Assembly (NCBI GenBank): GCA_030390025.1
Contig: CM059432.1
Coordinates: 104,968,001 to 105,032,000, forward strand
Length of the DNA: 64,000 bases
Direction of reading: 5' to 3'
DNA from: Squalus acanthias
Lineage: Eukaryota
In this document: in pieces, positions 52,401 to 63,239 of the stretch
Layout of the letters: each line of letters starts with the position of its first letter
How positions within the stretch are numbered: position 1 is the first letter of the stretch
Notes under the pieces: generated by a model
Databases searched by the model: none
What the model was told of the DNA's origin: nothing
The model's input: the letters and a program-made list of their open reading frames with translations, nothing else
Position numbers and translations under genes: made by a program

Positions 52401-53094
52401 ATTTTGATACTGGGGCGGGTTGGGGTCGTGTTATCCACCTGACTGCAATTGGATGTGGGAGATTGATGCGATTTTCACCTAATTGGGCAATTGAGTTCCA
52501 GCATGTGGGAACCCATGAACCAATTACTGTTTTTAGTCTGAAACTCGCCTCTGATGATGTCATCATTACTGCTGCATTGAAGGTCTTCAGAGACTGCCTG
52601 GCCTTTGCTGTGAGAGGACCTGGATGCAAAATGAGCAGCAGCAGAGAGAGAGAGAGAGAGAGAGAGAGATCCCTTGCTGTGGGACCTGAAGGCAAAATGA
52701 GCAGCAGCAACCGTAGGCCCAGATATATTTTTCCTACTACTACTACTGCTCCGTTGTAATAGTGGACCTGCAGCTGATAGTCAGCTTTTCAAATGTGTTA
52801 CTGCCAGGTTTCACATTCGTGGTTCAGAACAGGCGTGCTTCACGTAGAACAAGGGTTAAAATCACAAAGGCCTTTCAAAATGGCATTATAGAGCCAATTT
52901 AGTGCTTGTTAAGGGCCTTAACAGCCTATCCCGCCTCTTAGAGGCGGGACGGAGTCGGGACCAGTAGACACGATTTAATGAAAATTGCGTGGAGGCGGGA
53001 TGGAGGCGGACTTGTGCCCGCCCGCCAGTTTTCGCAATTTTAACCCCCCACACGCCTCCAAACCCGCCTCCACGGGTCAATGAAAATCCAGCCC
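49445..53094. mobile_element. Harbinger-type MITE (copy C): 49445-49458 plus 52397-53094, split by Tx1
   Basis: TSD aat (49442-49444, 53095-53097) inside the CR1 RT. Body matches copy A. Confidence 0.88.
49459..52396 (-). mobile_element. Tx1-type (L1 group) non-LTR retrotransposon, internally deleted
   Basis: 11-bp TSD ctggattttga. About 1.1 kb 5' UTR. ORF1 from ATG 51264 (SYA motif, ISNVPPF, CHACKEVGHIRKNC knuckle; frameshifted). ORF2 C-terminus with WRVLHGA...CHFC...ESVFHVYMEC at 49507 to about 50300. Confidence 0.85.
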
Positions 53095-53885
53095 AATATA
53101 TTTGAATTTCCAAAAGGCATTCGATAAGGTGCCACATAAAAAGTTATTACGCAAGATAAGGGCTCATGGGGTTGGGGTAATATACTAGCATGGATAGAGG
53201 ATTGATTAACGGACAGAAAACAGGGAGTAGAGATAAATGGGTCATTTTCCAGTTGGCAGGCTGTAACTAGTGGGGTGCCGCAAGGATCAGTGCTTGGGCC
53301 TCAGCTATTTACAATCTATATTACTGACTTAGATGAAGGGACTGAGTGTAATCTACCCATGTTTGCTGACGATACAAAGCTGGGTGGGAAAGTGCTTGTG
53401 AGTCTTCTTTACCTGCAGAACTGTTCCATGGATGCACATTTTGCATCCTCCACCCCACGCAATTGCTTTCCTTGTTAGGTTTCCTGTGCATATTGTTTTC
53501 ATGCATAGGGAGTCTATTGAAATTGGGAGAGAGGGGACTCGCCTTGCAAAATTTAAGTGAGCTCAGCTTTGATTTTGCCACTTGCACAATTGGGGTTAAT
53601 ATTTCTGATGACAAATAATTTAGTATTTTGCCTTTTTATTTAATCTAATTTGACATAACATCTGCATGTGCAACAATAGTGTGGCCATGGCATACAATAG
53701 TATTGAGTCTAATGTAATTGGTAAAGTAAAACAGTATGGTAGTAAGTAAAATTCTAATAATAAAATACCAATAATTGCCAAGTTTCTCCACTGTGTGGAA
53801 AAACTTTTGCCAAATTTAACATAGAGTGGACAGTTCAGATTGGTGAAAATTTGACCAAAATCCAGATTTTCACACAAAACACATT

Positions 53886-54700
53886 GGTCCAGAATTTGCG
53901 CTCGGGATGACGGCGAACTGGCAGCGTTCACTGTCGTTCCGCCTTTGAAACTGACCACAACTTCGGGATTTGGCACATGCGCACATTTGCGGTCAGTCAT
54001 TGACAGCTCCAAAACAGGCTGCACCGTGCCTTCCTCCCCACCCCCGCACAGAGCTGGCAATCTGTGTAATCAGCTAAATCATAGAATGGTTACAGCACAG
54101 AAGGAGGCTATTTGGCCCGTCGAGCCCGTGCCGGCTCTTTGCAAGAGCACTTCAGCTAGTCCCACTCCCCCGCCCTTTCCCCGTGGTCCTGCAATTTTTT
54201 TTCCTTCAGATACTTATCCAATTCCCTCCTGAAAGCCACAATTGAATCTGCCTCCACCACCCTTTCAGGCAGTGCATTCCAGGTCCTAACCACTCGCTGC
54301 GTAAAAAAGTTTTTCCTCATGTTACCTTTGGTTCTTCTGCCAATCTTCTTAAATCTGTGTCCTCTGGTTCTCGACCCTTCCGCCAATGGGTACAGTTTCT
54401 CTCTATCTACTCTGTCTAGACCCCTCATGATTTTGAACACCTCTATCAAATCTCCTCTCAACCTTGTTGGCTCTAATCATTGAAACTGACACAAACTTCA
54501 GCTCTTCCACAGTAAGTACGCTGTTAAATTCCCCACTAAAAGTTTGACCCAAAGGGATTAGGTGTAACTGGGGTTTTGATAGCATTATTACTGCTAAACA
54601 AATGTTTAGGGCCTGGAAAACTAATTTTAGTCTAATTTCAGAGTATTTACTGACACCCGGGTGATTCAATCCAAAGTGTTTACATAACATTAGATTCTAT
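53886..54700. mobile_element. Probable DNA-transposon left portion, interrupted by a CR1 3' fragment (54078-54465, minus)
   Basis: att|ggtccagaattt TIR-like start. The CR1 peptide RGDLIEVFKIM...FFTQRVV is clear. Right end not resolved. Confidence 0.5.
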
Positions 54701-56149
54701 TCCTACAGTACATTGTTCTCAATATGCTGTGAAATGTTTCATATTAACACAAGTGTGATATATTTCTACACTATATTCACAACTTTCATTGACTTTTTAC
54801 TTAAGTAATAATGCTTGATCATATGGAACTGTTTCAGGAAATTAGGGATAGGCTGGGCAAAAAAAATAATCTTGCTTTTCAACTGATGAGGCAATTCTCA
54901 ATATCCTATACGTGACAAATAATGGGTTTACATTTTAAAATTTACATTAAAAAACATTGGTAGGTGCATTCAGAAGAAACTACTAATGTTTCAAAATGGT
55001 TGCAAAGTAAACTCCTGGTAGCAGTGTAGGGAGCCGCAGCATATCTTCCAGGGATGCATCTGGTCATGCCAAGGTGTCCTCAATTGAGTTTGAAAAGGTG
55101 GTATACTGGATTGTCCACAGGTATAGAGATTTACAGAATACTGTGCATTACATGATTTTCTGGTAACATTGAGTATCACACCACTGCTGCCTGTTGGAAA
55201 TGGTAAATGTGGTAAGCTATAAAAGATGAATAACTGATTGATTACTGCAGCCAGCTACCGCACTTGGGCAAGATTTCATTTGCACTATTTGCTTTGGCTT
55301 ATTGCGGTCTGAAGTGTTAGGACCTAAAATTATTGTCTTCAGCAACACAAAGTGGTTTAGCGCTATCAAATTAATATTTATAAATCAATTTGAATGTTTG
55401 CTGTCTGCTTTCCCACCAAAAGCAGTTTTTTTCCCTGGAACACTGGCAAGGAATAGCCATAAACAGCTCCAGGTGTCAAAACAGCAACGCCTGTTGACCG
55501 AGACCTACTATAAAATAATTTGTACTCGTCACAGCTTTATGCATTTTTTCACGAGTTTTAATTAGTAATATGTAATCTGCAAATCATTGACACATAAGGT
55601 AGTTATTAAAAAGTGTTATGACCTATACACTGAATTTATAGTAAAAATACCGTAGAACCATCGACATTTACAGCACAGAAGGAAGCCACTCAGTCCATCA
55701 TGTTGTGCTGACTCTTTACTAAAACTAATCCTACTGCCCTGCTCTCCTCCATAACCTTGAATCTTACTTTGCTTAAAATATTTGTCTAATCTTCCCTTAA
55801 AAGAAGCAATATGCTCTGCAACAACTATTCCCTGTGGCAGTTGGAGCAGTCTTTGGTGGAGCCCTCAGGGGCTCCAAAGCGCAGAGGGCATAGGTCAAAT
55901 GCATCTCAGCAGTCAGGGCAGGAATCTGAGCAGCCTGCCTCAACCTCTGCTCTACATGGGATCCACCACGTAGAAGCAGTTGGAAGCGTAAGTTCAACAA
56001 ATTGTAATTCACCAAGGTTATGCACATGGGTATTTGACAAAATGTTATATTGTTAAGTTTCCTTTCTTTATAATGCCACATAAAATTTATAGATTAATAC
56101 CACTTCCATGTCTTGCCCATCATTGCAACCCGAGTGTTAAATTGCCCTT

Positions 56150-57903
56150 TCACTTGTTTCATGATGAATGTCAATCCGTGATGGGACGCATTGGGCAGAT
56201 GTTCAATGTGTGGATGAATGGTTGAAGGACTGTTTAGTGCAGGTAGCGGGTGGTGGTGCAGTGGGGGTGGGGCAGGGGTTGCTCCTGGCGGTAGGAGGAT
56301 TTAATTTGTTATGTTTTACACTAGGTGAACATTTATGATATTAGGGCATCCCGAGTAGCAATGTAAATGGCTGGTCTGGCGATAGATGCCCGTCTTCATC
56401 CTCCTCCTCCTCCTCTATGTTCTCCTCATCTGAAGATGAGTGATGAGCCCCTTTGTCCACCTCCACCTGAAATCCTCTCTGCTGTGCAAAATTGTGCACC
56501 ACTATCATTCTGGCACCCTTGCTGGCGAGTCTTGTTGGGCGCCTCTAGACCTATCTAGGCACCTGAAGCGTATCTTCAACATTCTAATGGCTTGCTCGAT
56601 GGCACACCTAGTGGTCATGTGGCTGTCATTGTAGCGCTCCTGCATTGCATTGGTGGGGTTCATCACAGGTTTCATGAGTCAAGTTTGAAAGGAGTATCCC
56701 TTGTCTCCTATGAGCTAGCCCTTAAATCCGTTTCCTGGAAAGAAAATGTCTGGAATGTTGGACTGCCGCACTATGAATGCACCATGAGAGCTCCCGGGGA
56801 ATCTGGCACACACCTGCATGAACCTCTTCTTGTGGTTGCACACAAGCTGTGCATTGATCTGAATATAACCTTGCAGTTTATAAAAAACCCTGGTTGCTGT
56901 GGTGGTGCTCGGATTGCCACGTGTGTGCAGTCAATGGCACCCTTTACCTGTGGGAATCCAGCCAGAGAGGCGAATCTGAGTGCCCGCTCATTCTAGTTAT
57001 TGTCATCACAGGGGAAATTTACATAATTGCCGGCCCTGGCAAATGATCCATCAGTGACCTGCCTTATACATTTAAGTGCAACCTGGATATGTTACCAGTA
57101 GCACCCCAGAAGCATCTGGAGGCAAAAATGTTGAGGATGGTGGTCACTTTCATAACCACTGGTAATGCGTGGCCACCAGTCTTCCTGTAGGAGGCTGCAG
57201 ATGTCAGCCACCACCTGACCTGACAACCTCACCCTGCGGAAGCACTACTCTTCTGCAAGGTCAAGGAAGCTGAGTCTCTGTCTGTAAACCCTGTGACATG
57301 GGTAGTTCCTCCTGTGACCTCGGGCCCTCTCCTGTGCACCTCTCTCCTGTGCATGTGCTGATTCCACCACAGCGCGATGGTCTTCCTCTTCTGATGTGCT
57401 GTCAAATACATCCACTTTGCTTCCCATCCCGATCTTGTCAGTTTGAAAGCCTCTAAGGTTGAAAAAGCTATATCCACACAAGAACTCTCTGCCAAACGTT
57501 TACCACAGGGAACTGAGACAGCAGCTGTGAGCTTTTATTCAGATGGGCCAATGACAAGTTTAAATTACCAAATGAACTGCGGCTCAATCTCGCCTCCGTT
57601 TCACTGGTCAGTTTCCCGAGCCCCAGGAAACCCGTGCTGCACACATTAAATGTACAGCAAAGTTAAAATCAATTTACAAAGAGCTCATTAACGTCTCCTA
57701 AGGACATTAATTGAACCAACCATTACCTGCCCGCCTGCAATAATTAAATCCCCAACTTCAGCAAGTAGGCTTCTCGCCGGCATCCAAACGTGCCTCCGTT
57801 AAACCCATGTTGGAGCTGGGTTGCGGTCCCGAGCAAGAATTCATTAATTTTATCCCCTGACCTGCCCCCAACATACCTGTTCTTGGTGGTTAAAATTCCC
57901 CTC
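56150..57903 (-). pseudogene. Decayed PIF/Harbinger transposase with a terminal repeat-like end
   Basis: Minus-strand [13 protein letters not shown] (about 56903-56941), GDKGY (56694-56708) and AIEQAI...RFRCLD (about 56553-56603), with stops and frameshifts. aaaattcccctc end at about 57903. Confidence 0.85.
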
Positions 57904-58417
57904 AAATACATACAGCAGATAAACGTCTCATTCAAGCAAAAATGTATTTTATTCACAACACTTCAATGTAACTGTATAAAAAAGAGATGGTTGGGGAGCA
58001 GAAAGAAAAGGGTAAAAGGAAGTTTTCCCCAAGGGGTTCAACCTACAAAGATGTGGTGCGTGGTGTTTGATAGGGGTCTGTATTCGGGCCGTTCTTATTT
58101 ACTTATTTTTTTAATTCATTCTTGGGATGTGGGCGTCACTGGCAAGACCAGCATTTATTGCCATCCCTAATTGCCCTTGAGAAGGTGGTGGTGAGCCGCC
58201 TTCTTGAACCGCTATTTTTTGTTACCCTTCTCTCTTGTTTTTATTGATAGTTCAGCTCCAGGTATCTTTAGCACATGCTGCAGCGTGAATTTTAACTGCC
58301 CTCTCTCTGGAGGAACACACTATCATTTACTGTGCACTTGTATGTGGAGCAAACCAGTCTGCGTGCTCTGGGCTACAGTCTGTTGTCAAAGATATCCATG
58401 CCATGGGTCAACATATT

Positions 58418-59182
58418 GGCCCAAAACTTTGGCTGAATACGGGAGAGTACGAACTGTGTACTCTCGCGTATTCGGTCCCGAAGTGCCGGTTTCTTGCATG
58501 CACTGCGCATGCGCGGGAAACCGGCACTTCCGGTATTGCTAAGGGGGCGGTTCCTAAGTGAACCGCGTGCGCACTACAGGCTGTGTGCACGCAGCACACT
58601 TAGGTTTTTTTTCAGGTTTCAACGCGAGGGTAAGTATTGAAGATTTTACACATGAAGAAAAGGGGCGTAAGACCCCCTTTTAACAAGGTAAGTAGTTAAT
58701 TAAGTATTATTTAAAAAAAATTTCAACAGGTTTATCTTTTTTAGAGGCTTTAAAGAAAGGTAAGTTTATTTTTATAACTTTTAAAAAGAATTTAAATTTT
58801 TTCAAAAATTTAAATTTTTCTTTAAAGTGGTTAATTTATTTAACTATAGTTATTTTATTAATGTGATGGTTTTTAAAAAAAATTTATTTGAGGTTTAGCT
58901 GTTCTTTTAGGGGCAATTTGTATTCATAGTTTTGACAGTTGGCCTGTCAAAACGATGAATGAAAGATGGTGTGCTGCCATTGGCTCTCCATGGCCCACGT
59001 GATCCCAGAGGTCGCATCGAACTAACTGCGCCTCTGGGACACGCACACACTGCGCGCCGGCACCAGGGAGAGGCCCAGGACCCGAAGTTCGTGTGGGCCC
59101 GAAACATAAAGGCAGGCGCGGTAGGTAAGATCGCGCCGGATCCTTACCCCCGCGGCAACCATCGAAGTCTAATTTCTGGGCC
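58418..59182. mobile_element. Harbinger-type MITE with AT-rich core
   Basis: Ends ggcccaaaactt / aatttctgggcc, TSD att/att. Confidence 0.7.
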
Positions 59183-59420
59183 ATTAGTATACAAAACCTA
59201 CAGTGCCACTGGGAAGTTTCCAAAAAATGTATGACACTGCAACTGAAATGATTATTAATTTTATTAACAATACCACGTTATACCAGCCATTGCATATAGC
59301 GGGCAGATCACGTTTGCATGAACGGACCCACAAGAAGCGGTGGGGATTGTAAACGTAGTTCAATGTAGAAAAATGTTAAGTAATGAAACATTGGTTACAT
59401 CACATTTAGAGTACTGTGTG

Positions 59421-59835
59421 TATAGAATCATAGAAATTTACGACACAGAAGGAGGCCATTCAGCCCATCGTGTCTGTCCCAGCCAAAAAACAGCTATCGA
59501 GCCTAATCCCACTTTCCAGCACTTGGTCCGTAGCCTTGTAGGTTACTTCAAGTGCATATCCAAGTACTTTTTAAATGGGATGAGGGTTTCTGCCTCTACC
59601 ACCCTTTCAGGCAGTGAGTTCCAGACCCCCACCACCCTCTGGATGAAAAAAGTTCTCCTCAACTCCCCTCTAATCCTTCTACCAATTACTTTAAATCTAT
59701 GCCCCCTGGTTATTGACCTCTCTGCTATGGGAAATAGGTCCTTCCTATCCAGTCTATCTAGGCCGCTCATAATTTTATGCACCTCAATCAAGTCTCGACT
59801 CAGCCTCCTCTGTTCCAAAGAAAACAACCCCAGCC
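59421..59835 (-). mobile_element. CR1 3' fragment
   Basis: [11 protein letters not shown]...FFIQRVVGVWNSLP and a tagaatcatagaa tail. Confidence 0.9.
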
Positions 59836-59846
59836 ATAGAGTCATA

Positions 59847-60739
59847 GGGGGAAAAATTCAGTTGGTTGCGCCTCCCGTTAGCGCCTTCAGAGGGCGCTAA
59901 TGGGGCGCAAAGCAACGAGGGCCCAGGCCTGGCGATGTTTCCACCGCTCGCGAAATTAACTAGACATTTTGCAGCGGTGCTAAACACTACCGCCACAATC
60001 TCCTGCGCTGGCAGATCGTGACGTCAGTCAAGTGTGCAACGCCCCGGTAGCGCCCCGTAGCGGATATTGAGTGGCGCCCCCTGCCTTACCGCCTGCTGCG
60101 AGCAACGACAGGTTCAGGGGAGCGTTTTGCAGTCAGGAAGGGACTGGGGGAGCGCTATTTAAAGGCGACCGCTTCCTGCCTTTTTTTGTTGGTGACATTT
60201 TTGAACCACGCATTCTGAGAGAGAGAGAGAGAGACTTCTGGAGAGATTCAACACAGTGTGAAGGAGTTTTGGGTACTGAGCAGCACTTTGCAGTTTCATT
60301 TTGATTTGCCCTTCCTTGTATTGATTTAGAAGAGACTGTGGGGACTGCACTCTGAGCTCTTTCCCTGGTTCTCTCCATTGTTCTTTCCAGCAGGTTTGAT
60401 GTACAGGTCTCTCCAGGCTGAGATTCAAGGCTGCAATGAGCAGGATGTGGAAGGAAAGCAAGTTCAACCCTCCCCTTTAAGAAATGGCCGGCGCCATTGT
60501 GTCTGTGTTCAATTGCTGACTGACATCACATGAGCTTTGCTAGCGCTCTGAGTTAGCGCCTCGCTCCTCGGCCTTTGCGCCTTAAGACATATGTGTAGTG
60601 CCTGATTTAGCGCTTCAATCATCTCCAGGGGCGATAAAAGTCAAGTTTGCAGTCGGAGGCGATAATTAGTGCCAGGCGCTAATCTTTGCACCCGGCCGAT
60701 AATTGCGCCCCAAATGGGGCGATACTGAATTTCTCCCCC
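59847..60739. mobile_element. Non-autonomous Harbinger element (E)
   Basis: TIR gggggaaaaattcag / ctgaatttctccccc, TSD ata/ata. Its right end is homologous to the left end of element F. Confidence 0.88.
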
Positions 60740-61108
60740 ATAGAGTCATAGGGGGAAAAATTAGGTCGCGCCCCGTTTGGGGCGCAAATATCGTCTGGAC
60801 GCAAAAATTAGCGCCTGGCGCTAATTATCGCCACTGACTGGAAACTTCACTTTTACCGCCCCGGGAGGTGAGTGGAGCGCTAAATCAGGCGCTGCACACC
60901 TGTCTTAAGGTGCAAAGGCCGAGCAGTGAGGCGCTAACTCAGTGCGCGAGCGCAGCCTAGGTGCTGCCAGTTAGCGAGGGAACACAGACACACTGGCTCC
61001 GGCCAGTTCTTAAAGCGGGGGGGCCAACTTGCTCCCCAGCCACACCCTGCTCATTGCAGCCTTGAATCTCGGCCTGGAGAGACCTGTGAATCCATTTTGC
61101 TGCCAAGG

Positions 61109-62928
61109 ATGGAGAGGGTGAGAGAACGAGCTCAGCGCTTCACCGAGCGGGCCTTGGATGCTCTGGTTGGCGTGGTGGAGCGCAGAAGATCTATACTCTT
61201 CCCTGAGAGTGGCAGGAGGCCTTTGCCACGCGAGTACAGAAGAGTGTGGAGGGAGGTGGCTCAGAGCGTCTCCTCCAGGAGCATGGTGCCCAGGACCCAT
61301 GTTCAATGCCGCAAAAAGTTCAACGACCTCACTCGGGTCGTCAGGGTGAGTGGCTTTTTCTCAATACCTCTCCATCCCTCCATCTCAACCTCACTCTATG
61401 GCCAGAGGGTCTTAAAACCCCAATGCCCAACACTCATCCAACACCTATGGCCCTTTCATGAAACACACACACACATTCCACACTTTGCATACAGTAAGGG
61501 CTATTCACCTATGGGAGGCACATCAGGCAAGACCATGGCTGCATACAGTAAGGGCTATTCACCTATGGGAGGCACATCAGGCAAGACCATGGCTGTATAT
61601 TTACTCAGATGCTGTCCTTTTTCTTGCAGGCCAAGCTGGCGCATAATAGGAGACAGCAGCAACGGACAGGTGGAGGGCGGCCTCAGCTGCAACCCCTCAG
61701 CGATCTTGAGGAGCGCGTCCACAGGATTGTGGCAAGCCGGGTGATCGGTCCCGTTGCCACCTGAGACGCCGACCCCGTTCTGGACAGCAATGGTAAGGTC
61801 ATCACCTTTTTGTCCTCTGTCCTTCCACTTGTCCCTCACAACACCAGCCTTTGACACTTTCAATCCAACTTGCTAACTCGCTGCACTTATTCCTCCCTTA
61901 CTGCCACCCTGTCCTCACGCTAAAGCCACTCTTGTACCTCCCTGCTTTCAGATGGTGATTCACCAGCTGAGGAGACGGGCCCTGAAGCTGCCAGTGGGAG
62001 TGAAGCTGCAGCCGAGGAGGAAGAGGAAGCCGGAGCATCAGTGCCACCCTCTCCCGAGGAAGCCCATGCCCACACTGGGAACACGCCTTCCCTGGAGGGG
62101 AGCAGGGGGGAAGGGTCTGATGAGGGTGAAGCTCCAGGACCCAGCGGGCTGCAGCAACGCCATGGGGGTAGGGAAGAACGGGGGCCTTCTCCCCAGAGGG
62201 AGAGTATGCCAGCGACTCCTACTGCAATGGACGCAGAGGAGGAGCGGCTGATCGCAGAAATGAACACCCAGGCGGTGGGCATGCACACTGAGCTCATGGG
62301 TGCAGTGGGAAGGGTGCCCGAATGCATTGAGTCACTGGCAAGGAGTGTGGAGCACTTCGCTGTAGCACCGGCGGATGCCACACTAAAGCTTAGTGCTGCA
62401 ATTCAGTCACTGACTGCCGTGATCCCATCTCTGACTGCTCTCATGCAGACTCAGATTGAGGCCACGCGAGCACTGACTGCTGCCAACCTCGATGGTTCGT
62501 TCACATGTCCCCGGGGCTCTCACCGCGCCGCAGCAGGCCAGCAATCTGTGCTCCAGCAGATTGCTCCGGATGCTGAAGTGCTGCCCCTTGGGAGTGCCAG
62601 TGTGTCGGGCGAGCAGGGAGTTGCTGTCCTCTCTCACGATGACAGCATTCCTGCTGCCAACACTGTCACTTCTCCACTGCACTTGCCACCGCCTGTAGGA
62701 CAGACTGCTGCCGCCCATGCAGAGTTGGTGCAGTCTGCAGCCGGGCCCTCCAGGCCCAGAACTGGTCGAGGCCGTCCTTCAGGGGCATCTGCAGTGTCAG
62801 GGTCTGACAATCAGCAGCCTTCCACCAGCCTTGCTGCAGCCACTGAGGTCCCATTACGGAGGAGCAGTAGGGTTAGAAGGGGGGAAGTGCGCAAGGGAAG
62901 GAGATCACCCTCGAAGGGCAAAAAGTAG
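61109..62928 (+). pseudogene. Harbinger Myb/SANT-like DNA-binding gene; exons 61109-61345, 61630-61792, 61952-62928; one in-frame TGA
   Basis: RFTERALDALV...WREVA...RTHVQCRKKFNDL | AKLAHNRRQQQRTGGG. Canonical GT-AG introns with matching phases (0, 1) give 459 codons. Premature TGA at 61762-61764. Confidence 0.85.
61487..61594 (+). repeat. Perfect 54-bp tandem duplication in Myb intron 1
   Basis: gcatacagtaagggctattcacctatgggaggcacatcaggcaagaccatggct occurs twice. Confidence 0.95.
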
Positions 62929-63239
62929 GAGGTGTGACAAAATGCTGGTCATTTTTTTATTAAAGGCCGAGGTTCGTGGTCCAACTTTTGTCTAGTGTTT
63001 TGGACATTATCTCCAGGTTGTGAGAACCAGTTATGTTAATGACTTTTTTTTGTGTTTATTTCTATGAGTTTGTCATGAGGAAATGACACACACAGAGTTT
63101 GTAAAATAAATAAGTTTTTGTATTCAAAATATACATGTTTGGTGTTTGGAATCATTGGTGCCTTGGCCGGCTTAGGGGTTGCGTGCTGGGTTCATTGATG
63201 TTGTTAGCAATGGCAGAAGCCATTTCCACAGCAGGGGCC

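Larger units (their letters stand above)
44822..53392 (+). mobile_element. Old CR1 LINE (host) in three pieces: 44822-46949, 49220-49444, 53095-53392
   Basis: Esterase and APE remnants. The RT sequence rejoins across both insertions (PLFKK.GR|EKTGNYRPIS and GEPLDI|IYLNFQKAFDKVPH). Confidence 0.88.

Noticed and set aside
61097..61744. 215-aa ORF as a single-exon protein with an AYSKGYSPMGG repeat
   Set aside because: It reads through intron 1, and the peptide repeat is just the 54-bp intronic duplication.
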